From Chloroflexota bacterium (lineage in GTDB: Bacteria; Chloroflexota; Anaerolineae; UBA2200): a stretch of 64,000 nt of DNA. Under the pieces are notes generated by a model. That model worked only from the letters and a program-made list of their open reading frames with translations, had not been told where the DNA came from and did no database searches. Shown piece by piece: positions 18,283 through 27,849 of the stretch (within the stretch, counting starts at the first letter, position 1; each line of letters opens with the position of its first letter). A program made the translations under genes and the position numbers. The DNA lies in assembly GCA_030607875.1 (NCBI GenBank), contig JAUWJD010000015.1, positions 731-64,730 on the forward strand. Direction: 5' to 3'.

Positions 18283-19617
18283 CTAGCCAGGAGAGAAAAT
18301 CTGATCCTCAACCTCTGGGGCATAGCGTTTCACCATGTCCGCAGTGATGGCCCCAGTTCGGCTTATCTCCTCGTATAGCTGACCACTGCGTTTCACAGTG
18401 CGCTGCCCCGTCGCCAAGTCGAGACCAATCAGACCAAACCGCGCACTGAATCCGTCCGCCCACTCAAAGTTGTCCACCAACGACCAGAAGTAGAACCCCT
18501 TAACCAGCACGCCTTCTCCCAACGCACGGTGCACCGCAGCCAGGTGCGTGAGCAGAAAGCGCGGCCGCTTCGAGTCGTCGTTGTCGGGGACACCGGTTTC
18601 GGTCACGTAGATCGGCTTGCCGCAGCGCTCTAGGCGCTTGAGCACGCGGTACAGGCCCTGGGGATAGGTTTCCCCCCAACCCTCCATGCTGAACTCGGCC
18701 CCTGGCATGACCGAGCGCCGTCCAAAGAGCAAGCCGGGCTGGGTAATATCGAAACTGACCATGCTGCGGGAGTAGTAATTCAACCCGATGTAGTCCTGTG
18801 AATCCACCAACTCGGGTATCCGGGTGTTCAAGCTCAGGGGAAAGCGCAGCACACCATCCACCGGCGGGTCAAGCACCAACCCATTGAAGAGGGAATCCTG
18901 CATCCCTGCTGCCCAACGATCCAGTGGCGACTTGGGTCTCATGGGATCAAAGATATGCAGATGCTGCGCCAGCCCTACTCTGGCCGAGGACTGCAAGCGG
19001 TGGATCGCGCGATAGGCACAGGCATGTGCCAGCAGTTGATTGTGTACCACCCGGAAGAACTGTCGGACATCCTGTTTCTGCGGCGGCCAGAAACCCAGTA
19101 GATAGGAATAGGCCCCATACACATTGGGCTCGTTGATGGTGCACCACAGATCGACCCAATCACCCAACTCCTCGACTACCTTGGCCGCAAAGCGCTCAAA
19201 GTAGCGCACCACGCCTTCGCTCTGCCAGCCGCCCTTTTCGACCAACCACGACGGGCTGACGAAATGAAAGAGGGTCACCATTGGCTCGATTTCGCGCTCG
19301 CGCAACGCGCTCAACATCTGCCGATAGCGGGCAAACGCTTCGGGATCCCACTTGCCCTCGCGAGGCTCGATACGGCCCCAATCAACGGAGAGCCGCAGTG
19401 CATTCTGGCCCATCGCGCGGGCCAAGTCGAAATCTTGGGCATAGCGGCCTGCCCACCATTCGCAAGAACGGCGGGCATCGGTGCCGTCCCTGACGTGGCC
19501 GGGCACCTGCTCCCATTCCCACCAATCGGTGTCGGCCGGCTCTCCCTCCACTTGATGAGCGGCCGTGGCAGTGCCCCAGCGAAAGTCGGGCGGAAAGCGG
19601 AGACCGTCGGCTGGCAC
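18283..19617 (-). CDS. GH1 family beta-glucosidase
   Basis: FRWGTATAAHQVEG, acid/base TINEPNVY and nucleophile YVTETG motifs. The proposed GTG start at 19617 overlaps the asnS stop by 1 nt (TAGTG). The track start 19689 would overlap asnS by 73 nt. Confidence 0.9.
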   Translation of the reverse strand: MPADGLRFPPDFRWGTATAAHQVEGEPADTDWWEWEQVPGHVRDGTDARRSCEWWAGRYAQDFDLARAMGQNALRLSVDWGRIEPREGKWDPEAFARYRQMLSALREREIEPMVTLFHFVSPSWLVEKGGWQSEGVVRYFERFAAKVVEELGDWVDLWCTINEPNVYGAYSYLLGFWPPQKQDVRQFFRVVHNQLLAHACAYRAIHRLQSSARVGLAQHLHIFDPMRPKSPLDRWAAGMQDSLFNGLVLDPPVDGVLRFPLSLNTRIPELVDSQDYIGLNYYSRSMVSFDITQPGLLFGRRSVMPGAEFSMEGWGETYPQGLYRVLKRLERCGKPIYVTETGVPDNDDSKRPRFLLTHLAAVHRALGEGVLVKGFYFWSLVDNFEWADGFSARFGLIGLDLATGQRTVKRSGQLYEEISRTGAITADMVKRYAPEVEDQIFSPG

Positions 19618-20912
19618 TAGGGATAGATCCTGTCCAACATGCGGGGGAAGGCGATGGTCTCGCGGATGTGATGAATGCGGCATATCCACGTCACGGTGCG
19701 TTCCACGCCCAAGCCAAAGCCCGAGTGCGGCACTGAGCCATAGCGCCGCAAATCAAGGTACCACTCATAGGCCTGGCGAGGCAAGTTGTGCTCCTTGATG
19801 CGCCGCTCCAGCAACTCGTAACTGGCAGTGCGCTGCCCGCCGCCGATGATCTCGCCGTAGCCTTCCGCAGCCAGGAGATCCACCGACAGGCAAACTTCGG
19901 GGCGTGAGGGGTCTTCTTCCATGTAGAAGGCCTTGACAGCAGTTGGATAGTGATGTATGAACACAGGCTTCTCAAAGCTCTCGCCTATCACTGTCTCATG
20001 CGGTGCGCCAAAGTCATTGCCCCATTCAAAGGCCAATCCCTTCTTGTTCAACAGCTCCACTGCCTCATCGTAGGTAATGCGCGGGAAAGGGGGTACCACC
20101 TTCTCCAAGCGTGACGTGTCGCGATCCAGCGCCTCAAGCTCCACAGCACGGTTCTGGAGCACCGTCTGCACAATGTAGCTCACGAACTGCTCCTCCACTT
20201 CCATGCAGCCTTCCAGGTCCACGTAGGCCATCTCCGGCTCCACCATCCAGAACTCGGTCAGGTGCCGCCTCGTCTTGGATTTCTCAGCGCGGAATGTTGG
20301 CCCGAAGCAGTAGACCTTACCAAAAGCGCCGATGGTAGCCTCGTTGTACAACTGTCCACTTTGCGTCAGATAAGCCTGCTCGCCAAAGTAGTCGGTCCCG
20401 AACAATGTGGTGCTGTCCTCGCACGACGACGGAGTCAAAATAGGGGTATCTACGTTCACGAACCCATGGCTATCCAACCAATCCCGAATAGCCTTGACCA
20501 CCTCGGCGCGAATGCGCAGAATCGCATGCTGGCGCGAGGAGCGAAGCCACAGGTGACGATTTTCCATCAGGAAAGCAATGCCATGCTCCTTTGGGGTGAT
20601 GGGATAGTCCTGGGTGAGCTGCACAGTCTGCAGGTTATTCACCAGCAACTCGTACCCACCGGGAGCACGCTTGTCCGCCCGCACCTGGCCCGTGACGATG
20701 ACCGATGATTCCTGCGTCAGGTGCTGTGCATCGCTAAAGACCTGCGAGCTCACGTCCTTCCGCGAGACCACACCCTGCACGACCCCAGTGCCATCACGCA
20801 GTAACAAAAACTGCACCTTGCCCTTGTCAGTACTGTTGTAGAGCCAGCCCTTGATAGTAACCTGCTTGCCCTCGTAGGCAGCGATATCCTTGATATAGAC
20901 CCATTCACCCAT
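19617..20912 (-). CDS. asnS: Asparaginyl-tRNA synthetase
   Basis: OB-fold N-terminus ([26 protein letters not shown]) and class II motifs ([31 protein letters not shown]). AGGAGG lies 6 nt upstream of ATG 20912. Confidence 0.94.
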   Translation of the reverse strand: MGEWVYIKDIAAYEGKQVTIKGWLYNSTDKGKVQFLLLRDGTGVVQGVVSRKDVSSQVFSDAQHLTQESSVIVTGQVRADKRAPGGYELLVNNLQTVQLTQDYPITPKEHGIAFLMENRHLWLRSSRQHAILRIRAEVVKAIRDWLDSHGFVNVDTPILTPSSCEDSTTLFGTDYFGEQAYLTQSGQLYNEATIGAFGKVYCFGPTFRAEKSKTRRHLTEFWMVEPEMAYVDLEGCMEVEEQFVSYIVQTVLQNRAVELEALDRDTSRLEKVVPPFPRITYDEAVELLNKKGLAFEWGNDFGAPHETVIGESFEKPVFIHHYPTAVKAFYMEEDPSRPEVCLSVDLLAAEGYGEIIGGGQRTASYELLERRIKEHNLPRQAYEWYLDLRRYGSVPHSGFGLGVERTVTWICRIHHIRETIAFPRMLDRIYP

Positions 20913-21035
20913 CACAAACCTCCTGGATGCCACAAACGACCACAACCACAGTCAACAAGAAGCCTGATTTCCAAACGTCCTTAGGGACACCAGTGCGGCT
21001 TGGTGGCCTGTCGGCACGCCACAGGCAATTGTCCA

Positions 21036-21064
21036 ATTCTAGCCGCAAGAGTCTACGGCGTCAA
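21036..21064 (-). promoter_or_regulatory. Promoter-like site (TTGACG-17-TAGAAT, minus strand) for asnS, overlapping the 3' end of the upstream CDS
   Basis: The reverse complement reads ttgacg ccgtagactcttgcggc tagaat. It predicts a 5' UTR of about 115 nt. Confidence 0.4.
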
Positions 21065-24000
21065 GAATGGCAGGCGTTCTCGCAAGCGGGCTGGCAACAA
21101 TCCCATGACCAATCCTACGTCGGGCTGGCGCAAAGTGCCCAGCGCAACGAGTGCAACGAGGTAAGTTGCTGTTGCCACGGGGATGGTGAGCAGAATCGTC
21201 GTGCTGCGCAGCAACCACAGTACTACTGCCATCAAAGCAGCGGCCACGCCTGGCCGCCAGAACATCTCCACCCACGGCAATGTGGTCAGGTTCTTACGCA
21301 CGCAGTAATAGAAGGGAATCAGCAGGGCCACTTCCGACAGCGCAGTGATCGCAGAGGCAGCCACATAGCCGTATCGCGGGATCAAAAGCAGGTTGCTCAA
21401 GATGTTGAAAGCCGCGCCGAACAGGAAGGCCCGTGTCAAGAAGCGCTGTTGATCGATGGCGATCAGCACATATTGGGTAACACTGTTGATGAAACCAATG
21501 GGCATATACCAGATAAGAAGCTGTAAGGAAATCATTGATTGGGGCAAGAAATCCGGCCCGGCCAGTATCAGAATGAGCTCACGGGCGATAAACGTTGTGC
21601 CCACAGCAACCGGCAGAGCGACCATGAGCAACAGCTTGATCGACAGAATGTAGGCCCGCACTAGCGAATCGCGCTGGGACTCGGCAAAGCGCGAAATGAG
21701 CGGGAAAATGGCCAGAGTGAAGTACGAAGGAATCACGTCCAAGCCACGAATATAGCGGTAGGCTGCGTTGTAGTAGCCAACTTCTGCGTCTCCCCGCAAG
21801 GGCTTGAGCAAGAGCACGTCCGACATGAAGAACACTTTGGACAGCAGGTTGTTGAGCATCAGCGGGAAGGAGGCTTGCAGCATGGTTCGAGCAAAAGCAG
21901 ACTCGAACTCTAGCTTCGGGCGGAAGAAGAGGCGTGCGGCCAGGATACCGAGAATCACAGCAGTGCTGAGATTGACCAACAGCGATGTAGCCGCCAACCC
22001 GACAAACCCGTAACCCAGCAACAGTGCCAGTGTGCCCAGGATAACGCGCAAGACCGTTGTGACCGATGAAACGGCTGCCGGATACTCCATCCTCTCGTGG
22101 GCATAGAAGGCAGCGCTGAAGGAGTCGGAAACTAACTCAGGAATCAGCGCAACAGCGAATAGCGCAATGGCCAATACTGTGTCTGTGGTCAAGGCCGAAA
22201 AGCGCACGTAAGTGTAGATGATCACCCCAATCACCGGCAGATAGGCCAGCCACAGCAGAAACCGCAGAATCACGCTGTTGCTCCAGTACCGACTGGCCTG
22301 TTGTCTGTGTTTAGACATCTCACGGGTGATCCATGTACCCAGACCAAAGAGAACTGCGGTCTCGAAATAGCCTATGAAGTTGATCGCAAACCCGTAACGT
22401 CCCGCGCCGACTGGAGCCAGTATGCGCAGAGTAAGCATGGCAAAGGCCATGTCAATGACGCGGTTGAGCAAGTTGAGCAGCATGGGCGTCAGGGCATTCT
22501 TGGCCACGCGCTTGACGGCCGAATCACTTGCATCTTCACTGTAAAAGCGCCGCCAGAGCCAATAGCTGAGGATCAGAATCAGGATCACGCCAGCCAGGAA
22601 ACTGACGAACAGACCCAACTTGAAGGAAAAGGGAGTATACTTGAAGCGTACTGTGTGCTGTCCAGGTGGCAGGCTCACAGCACGGAAGGTGCCATTGGCC
22701 CGATAAATGGGTATCTCCTGCTCATTTTGTCCTGGCTGGGTGTCGTAGGCTTTCCATCCAGAGGAGTAGGTGTCCGCCAATACCAGGTACCCACCGCTTG
22801 GCAGATCTGCCTCGATGAGCACCTCATTTAGATCGTAGTGCACAATACGCACCGCCTGCCATTCGCCACCCCTTGGCATCCCTCCCTCCGGCATTTCCTC
22901 CAGAATGACCTCCTGTCGGGGGTTCAATTGGCGCAGGGCACCTGCTCTAGCAGCTGCGTCCGGGATGACTCGGGCCTGATGCACGACAAAGGCGCGCGGC
23001 AGGTAGTCCTCGTTGCGGTAAACCCGTAGTTCTTGGTCGTAGACGAGTGTATAGTTATCGTTTTCTATGGTTTGCGTGGTCAGAACGTACTTGACGTTCA
23101 GCAGATCGAGCAGCGGAGAATCCAACGAGCTACGCTCACTCAGCGGCGCGATGCGGTTGTAGAGCAATTCCCCCTGAGGCTCAATGAGTTGCATGTAGTC
23201 TACGTACTGCTTGGCGATGATTGAGTCGTAGCCCCGCACATCTTCCCAGTCGTAGAACATGCCCACATTAGCGTTGACGGTTTTCTCACCCGGCATGTTA
23301 AGCGTAGTGAAACGCCACAAGCCTTCATCTTGTCGAAGGAAAGAAACCACTGGCGGCTCAAATGACAGAATGGCGGGGTCCGCCGCTGGATTGAATCCCA
23401 TGCCAATGACGAACACCTCGGCAACGATAACCACCAATGCCGAGAACTGCCACAATGCAATACCACGCAAGCGCGTTCGAACACTGGTCAAGAGAAGCGT
23501 CACGCCAGCACCACACAGCGCCAGGAAAAAGATCAGGAAATTGCGGAACTGGTACGAGTAAAAGGCCCGACCATCCGCAAAGTCCTCGGGGGCTTGCGCC
23601 AAGGAAAGCATCACCCGTTCCGCCAACGCACTCACCACCTGCGGGAAGCGAAGGCTGCCCCCCAGCACCCCCAGCCCCAGCAGCCCCAGGAGAAAAACAA
23701 GGGTGCCTGCCAGGCGAACGGAGCGTGTGTTGGTTCGAGAGCCGCTAGTGGCCAGCCACGATGCCCCGCAGCCAGCGAGAATGGAGACGCTCAACGTGTA
23801 TGGGAATATCCAGCGAAAAGGTGAATGCAGTTGTTTGATGCCCGGCAGAAGGTAGTAGAGGAAAGCGTAGAGTGGTGTGCCAAAGACGAACAGCAAAGAG
23901 ACGACCGCCAGCAGAAGGAATATCCAAACGTACTTGGTTCGTGATTTCCAGACAGCTATGAACCCCAGCAATAGCGGAAGGAGGCCGACATAGCTGCTGC

Positions 24001-25090
24001 CTTCCACGTAATTCTTGATGCCCCAGTAGATGGTCTGGATGGGCTCGCCCTGCGCATTGCGCAGGTCGGTGATCACTTGGCGACTGAACACATCCAGGTA
24101 GCTGTGATGTGTCGGATTGCCAAAGAAATCGGGCACCCAAAATGCAACCAATCGCCGCCAGCGATAGGCCCACTCTATGATCTGTTGGTATGTGGCCGAT
24201 TCCTGGCGAAAGTTCTCTCTGACCAGTTCGTACAGGGGAATTACTTGTATCGCAGCCAGGCCAACGCCAAGGCCGATCAGCAAGACCACCGCCAGGCCCA
24301 ATTTCCCGGCCTGCACCCAACTGCGCGTTCGGTGCCAGTAGATCGCTATGCGGCAGGCAGCGTAGAAAACAGTTACCAGGACGACGTAGTAGGCAATCTC
24401 CACGTGCCCTGCCAAGAATTGTACGCACATGGCTGCCGCACCCACAGCAATCCACGGGATATACGACACGGCTTTGGGTTTCTGGCCTGGCACTTGCTCC
24501 TCCTGTGTACGCACGAGGCGCTCAACGACGGCCAGCAGCAAGGGCAGCCAGGAGGCAGCAGCGATGATCATGGGATGCACAACGCTGACAATCATGAAAC
24601 CGCTAAAGGTGAACGTGATGGCGGCAATCAGGCTGCCCACGCGGTCCAAGCGGATGGTCCGGGCATAGACATACATGAACGCGCCGGCCAGCAGCAACTG
24701 CAAAACGGTGTAGTAGCCATAGGCGCGCACCAGGGGCAGCGCGTAGAAGATCAGGCTCAGCGGATACAGTGCCGAGTGCTGGCCCGCAGCCAGAAACGGT
24801 TGCCCAGCCAGGATGTGAGGATTCCAGAGGGGAAGTTGCCTGCTCTTAAGCGCCTGTACGACCAAGCGCTTCCAAACATAGTTCTCCAGAATAAGGTCAT
24901 TCAGCAGGTCATTGTGCGGCACGTCAACGCCAAACTGAGCTGCAAAGCTTTGCCATGGTTGAAAGGCGAACAGGTTATCCAAAGGCAAAAGCGTCCTGCC
25001 TCCCAAGATGACCGGGCGAAAGAACACAATCAAGAGAGCGAGCAGGCCAAGGACAACAAGCAGATTCAGTAGCAGAGTTCTTCTAGTCAA
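21053..25090 (-). CDS. Fusion membrane protein: N-terminal YfhO-like GT-C glycosyltransferase domain (about 855 aa) + C-terminal MOP/Wzx-type oligosaccharide flippase domain (about 490 aa)
   Basis: One uninterrupted 1345-codon ORF. The N-terminal part has LPLWNPHILAGQPFLAAGQHSALYPL and many TM helices, ending in a terminal TM (GLFVSFLAGVILILILSYWLW). The junction is ..RRFYSEDASDSAVKRV|AKNALTPMLLNLLNRVIDMAF.., after which a typical polysaccharide-biosynthesis/flippase 12-14 TM domain runs to the end. Confidence 0.75.
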   Translation of the reverse strand: MTRRTLLLNLLVVLGLLALLIVFFRPVILGGRTLLPLDNLFAFQPWQSFAAQFGVDVPHNDLLNDLILENYVWKRLVVQALKSRQLPLWNPHILAGQPFLAAGQHSALYPLSLIFYALPLVRAYGYYTVLQLLLAGAFMYVYARTIRLDRVGSLIAAITFTFSGFMIVSVVHPMIIAAASWLPLLLAVVERLVRTQEEQVPGQKPKAVSYIPWIAVGAAAMCVQFLAGHVEIAYYVVLVTVFYAACRIAIYWHRTRSWVQAGKLGLAVVLLIGLGVGLAAIQVIPLYELVRENFRQESATYQQIIEWAYRWRRLVAFWVPDFFGNPTHHSYLDVFSRQVITDLRNAQGEPIQTIYWGIKNYVEGSSYVGLLPLLLGFIAVWKSRTKYVWIFLLLAVVSLLFVFGTPLYAFLYYLLPGIKQLHSPFRWIFPYTLSVSILAGCGASWLATSGSRTNTRSVRLAGTLVFLLGLLGLGVLGGSLRFPQVVSALAERVMLSLAQAPEDFADGRAFYSYQFRNFLIFFLALCGAGVTLLLTSVRTRLRGIALWQFSALVVIVAEVFVIGMGFNPAADPAILSFEPPVVSFLRQDEGLWRFTTLNMPGEKTVNANVGMFYDWEDVRGYDSIIAKQYVDYMQLIEPQGELLYNRIAPLSERSSLDSPLLDLLNVKYVLTTQTIENDNYTLVYDQELRVYRNEDYLPRAFVVHQARVIPDAAARAGALRQLNPRQEVILEEMPEGGMPRGGEWQAVRIVHYDLNEVLIEADLPSGGYLVLADTYSSGWKAYDTQPGQNEQEIPIYRANGTFRAVSLPPGQHTVRFKYTPFSFKLGLFVSFLAGVILILILSYWLWRRFYSEDASDSAVKRVAKNALTPMLLNLLNRVIDMAFAMLTLRILAPVGAGRYGFAINFIGYFETAVLFGLGTWITREMSKHRQQASRYWSNSVILRFLLWLAYLPVIGVIIYTYVRFSALTTDTVLAIALFAVALIPELVSDSFSAAFYAHERMEYPAAVSSVTTVLRVILGTLALLLGYGFVGLAATSLLVNLSTAVILGILAARLFFRPKLEFESAFARTMLQASFPLMLNNLLSKVFFMSDVLLLKPLRGDAEVGYYNAAYRYIRGLDVIPSYFTLAIFPLISRFAESQRDSLVRAYILSIKLLLMVALPVAVGTTFIARELILILAGPDFLPQSMISLQLLIWYMPIGFINSVTQYVLIAIDQQRFLTRAFLFGAAFNILSNLLLIPRYGYVAASAITALSEVALLIPFYYCVRKNLTTLPWVEMFWRPGVAAALMAVVLWLLRSTTILLTIPVATATYLVALVALGTLRQPDVGLVMGLLPARLRERLPFLTP

Positions 25091-25180
25091 AGAATGGGTC
25101 GCCTTTCCGCGAATGGCTGCGCGTGATTATACTGAGAGAGCAGGGGAAGGTCAACAAGCCTTTTGCCTTTTTGAGGAATA

Positions 25181-25189
25181 TGCTATAAT
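25181..25189 (+). promoter_or_regulatory. Extended -10 promoter element (TGcTATAAT) for the small sugar transferase gene
   Basis: tgctataat at 25181-25189. It overlaps the track's TTG start at 25189, which argues for ATG 25306. Confidence 0.4.
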
Positions 25190-25305
25190 TGCACCTATCG
25201 TACGACGAGTCGTTAACGACAGGCGGAGAAATCTTGGTCATAGTCACGAAAGACACTACCTCTCGTGTTCAATCAGAGCCCAAGCGTGTCAGGGCTCTGT
25301 ACCTT

Positions 25306-25971
25306 ATGAGCCTGGCACAACCACAGGTGACGTGCAGCAGAAAGTGGTACGCCCTGGCTAAACGAATGCTTGACCTCGTTACTGCCACATTGCTTCTGCT
25401 ACTGCTTGCGCCGTTCATGTTGGCCATCGCCATCCTGATCAAGGTCACCTCTTCTGGCCCAGCCATCCTGCTCCAAGAGAGAGTGGGCAGGGGTGGCAAG
25501 ATCTTTGCCTTTTACAAGTTCCGTTCCATGTATGACAACCCCGACCGCTCTGCAGACATCAAGTTCGCCCGGGAGTATATCAATGGCAAACACCTCGCCA
25601 CGACTACCTGGAACGGAGTCTTTAAGCCAGCTAACGATAAACGGGTGACGCCAGTCGGCAGGTTCCTGCGCAAGACCAGCCTGGACGAGCTGCCTCAACT
25701 CTTCAACGTGGTGAAGGGGGACATGAGCCTCGTCGGGCCTCGGCCCTCAATGCCCTATGAGGTAGATGTCTACAAGCCCTGGCATTTCAGACGCCTGGAA
25801 GTGTTGCCAGGCATCACGGGTCTGGCGCAGATTAAAGGCAGAAGCAGTTTGACCTTCAGGGACATCGTGAAGATTGACATTGAGTACATCGGGCAGCGTT
25901 CGCTGATGTTGGATCTCAAGGTCCTTTTCAAAACCATGCCGGTAGTACTCTCGGGGCATGGTGCCCGATAA
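25306..25971 (+). CDS. Small monotopic phosphoglycosyltransferase (PglC/WcaJ-C-terminal-like bacterial sugar transferase)
   Basis: [72 protein letters not shown]. Confidence 0.88.
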   Translation: [221 protein letters not shown]

Positions 25972-26018
25972 CAGAACCTCTCACAGCATCTCCCCACACG
26001 AACAGCGGCAGGAACTGC

Positions 26019-27764
26019 ATGAGCAAGCCACTCCACAAACGTTTAACCCAGACAGCGATTCTCTACTCCAGGCCCGTCCGTCTTCGCGCGCTGCTTCTGC
26101 TGTGCCTGACGCTTGGCTTGCTCCCTGCTAGTGGGACCAGAGCCGCATTGCCTAACAAGGAGTTGCCCCCATTTCGCATCGACCCCGACTTGCCGCCCCC
26201 AATTGTGCTGAATGCGGAACAGGGTCTGGGGCAGTGCCACTGGCTGGATTCGAAAATCCTGTCCACACCCTACGTTGGTTGGGCCTACGATGCCAGTGAG
26301 GCTAGCAGCGGTTGGAAGACCATTGAGCCCCAGGATGGTATCTTCAACTGGGCACTGCTGGACGCGCAGATCGGCAAAGCACGCAACCTGGAAAAGCGTA
26401 TTTGGCTGGAATTGCTTACGACCGAAGGCCAGACACCGCAGTGGGCCAGAGATGCGGGAGTGTCCGTCATCGGTTCACGCGGTGGGACGCCTGCACCGTG
26501 GAATGAGACCTACCAACGGCTTCTGCGCTGTGCGGTACATGTCATGGCCGCCCGCTACGATGACAACCCCACGGTAGACGCCATCAATCTGATGGCCGGC
26601 GGCTGCTACGGTGAGATGGTCATTTGCGCTCCCCGAGTAGATCGTCGAATCTGGGAACAGGCAGGATACACTGATGAGCGATTCATCGAGGCCGTAAAAC
26701 GGATCATAGACATCTACCTAGAAGAGGAATACGTATGGGAGGACGGCAGCAAGAGCCATGGCTTCCTGAAAACTCCCGTCGTGCTGCAGGTGGGATCAGG
26801 GCTGTACGGGCATACCACAGCCGTCATCCGGCCAGTGGTAGAGTACGCCATGTCCAAATACGGCATGCGTGTGTGGCTCAAGTACAATGGTTGGGGCGGT
26901 AGTTACGACATGGGATGGCTCTACCAAGACTACGACACCGTCACCAGAGTAGGCTATGAGCCTGCGGGAAACAGCTTGGATTTCCTAAACAGGCCCAAGG
27001 TATACGTACGGACAGCACTTGAGCAGCACGCAAGCTACCTCTGCTTGCAAGAGACATACTTCGATATTGTGGATCCCAAGTGGCAAGAAGCACGCGAGAT
27101 GGCAGCGTGCTATCTCGGCGCTCAGATCGTCCATCAAGGCACCCAGGCTCCGGATTCGATTGTGGTCGGCCAAGAGTACACCTTCATCACCAACTGGGTG
27201 AACAGGGGAACAACACCACTGATGCGTCCCAAACGGCAGGGAGTGAAAGACATCCCTGCCTCGTACCACGTCACCATTGCCTTCGTTGACGCTGCCAGTG
27301 GCTCGCCTGTGTTCGAGCACAGTTTTGCCCCCGCTGTACCTACTACAAAGTGGTACAGCGCACAGCCCGTACGCATCGAAGAAGTCATCCTCATCCCCGC
27401 CTCCGTGCCAGCAGGAAAATACGACCTGGGGATCGCCCTGCTCAATCCAAACCTGTCCACGCATGATGAGCACCGGTACTTCCGTCTTACTAACGTGGAC
27501 CTGCACGATGGTAGTGGCCGATACACTGTGGGACAGGTTACGGTGCGCAACCAAAGTACGACCACAGCGACAGCCAAGCCCAGACCCGAACCCACACCTC
27601 CCCCTACCGCAGGCCAAGATGAGACAGGGAACTGGCTTACTAGAATTCTACGCGCTCTCTGGGAATGGTTGCGCGGTCTATTCTCAAGGCTGCGGTACTT
27701 TGCACTCGTCAGCCAGGGTATCGAGATACTTGCCTGTGGCACTTGCTTGCAGTACTATAGCTGA
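26019..27764 (+). CDS. Secreted glycoside-hydrolase-like protein (GH42/GHL-type TIM-barrel signature + beta-sandwich), paralog of the N-terminal module of the 29306 giant; the C-terminal about 40 codons appear to be read-through into a yedF remnant
   Basis: Signal-peptide-like N-terminus. The motif WKTIEPQDGIFNWALLDAQIGKARNLEKRIWLEL..TPQWA resembles GH42/GHL barrels. About 460 aa are collinear with 29492-30875. A PT-type linker follows, then ..GIEILACGTCLQYYS*. Confidence 0.7.
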   Translation: MSKPLHKRLTQTAILYSRPVRLRALLLLCLTLGLLPASGTRAALPNKELPPFRIDPDLPPPIVLNAEQGLGQCHWLDSKILSTPYVGWAYDASEASSGWKTIEPQDGIFNWALLDAQIGKARNLEKRIWLELLTTEGQTPQWARDAGVSVIGSRGGTPAPWNETYQRLLRCAVHVMAARYDDNPTVDAINLMAGGCYGEMVICAPRVDRRIWEQAGYTDERFIEAVKRIIDIYLEEEYVWEDGSKSHGFLKTPVVLQVGSGLYGHTTAVIRPVVEYAMSKYGMRVWLKYNGWGGSYDMGWLYQDYDTVTRVGYEPAGNSLDFLNRPKVYVRTALEQHASYLCLQETYFDIVDPKWQEAREMAACYLGAQIVHQGTQAPDSIVVGQEYTFITNWVNRGTTPLMRPKRQGVKDIPASYHVTIAFVDAASGSPVFEHSFAPAVPTTKWYSAQPVRIEEVILIPASVPAGKYDLGIALLNPNLSTHDEHRYFRLTNVDLHDGSGRYTVGQVTVRNQSTTTATAKPRPEPTPPPTAGQDETGNWLTRILRALWEWLRGLFSRLRYFALVSQGIEILACGTCLQYYS

Positions 27765-27840
27765 TGGACAAGGTGGGCGTGGAGTAAACAGTGTAGCGTT
27801 GCTGGGACGCAATTGCAGGCTGACAGCATCGTCTCGACCT
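27640..27840 (+). pseudogene. Probable 3' remnant of a yedF-like (TusA/DsrE-like selenium metabolism) gene
   Basis: GIEILACGTCLQYY (27717-27758) matches the conserved G[VI]EIL.CGTCL..Y block of long-form YedF as I remember it. Possible continuations (LMDKVGV.., ..LQADSIVST*) lie in other frames. No space or N-terminal TusA-like part remains. DUF3343 and selD follow directly. Confidence 0.45.
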
Positions 27841-27849
27841 AGGAGTGCA

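Noticed and set aside
20913-21035. T-box leader upstream of asnS.
   Set aside because: The leader is only about 115 nt, and I saw no T-box (AGGGUGGNACCGCG-like) sequence or specifier-loop architecture.
24077-25072. 331-aa plus-strand ORF.
   Set aside because: It is antisense to the TM-rich YfhO-like domain and is a hydrophilic low-complexity translation.
25189-25305. TTG 25189 as the start of the small sugar transferase. Similarly, 16972 as the start of dnaN and 11018 as the start of dinG.
   Set aside because: These track starts fall inside or upstream of promoter elements and add non-conserved N-terminal extensions. Downstream ATGs give canonical N-termini and, for dnaN and dinG, have SD-like sequences.
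27277-27849. Upstream 191 codons of the 266-aa ORF 27277-28077.
   Set aside because: They overlap the GH-like CDS out of frame. Only the last 76 codons (from ATG 27850, with SD) form the DUF3343 protein.
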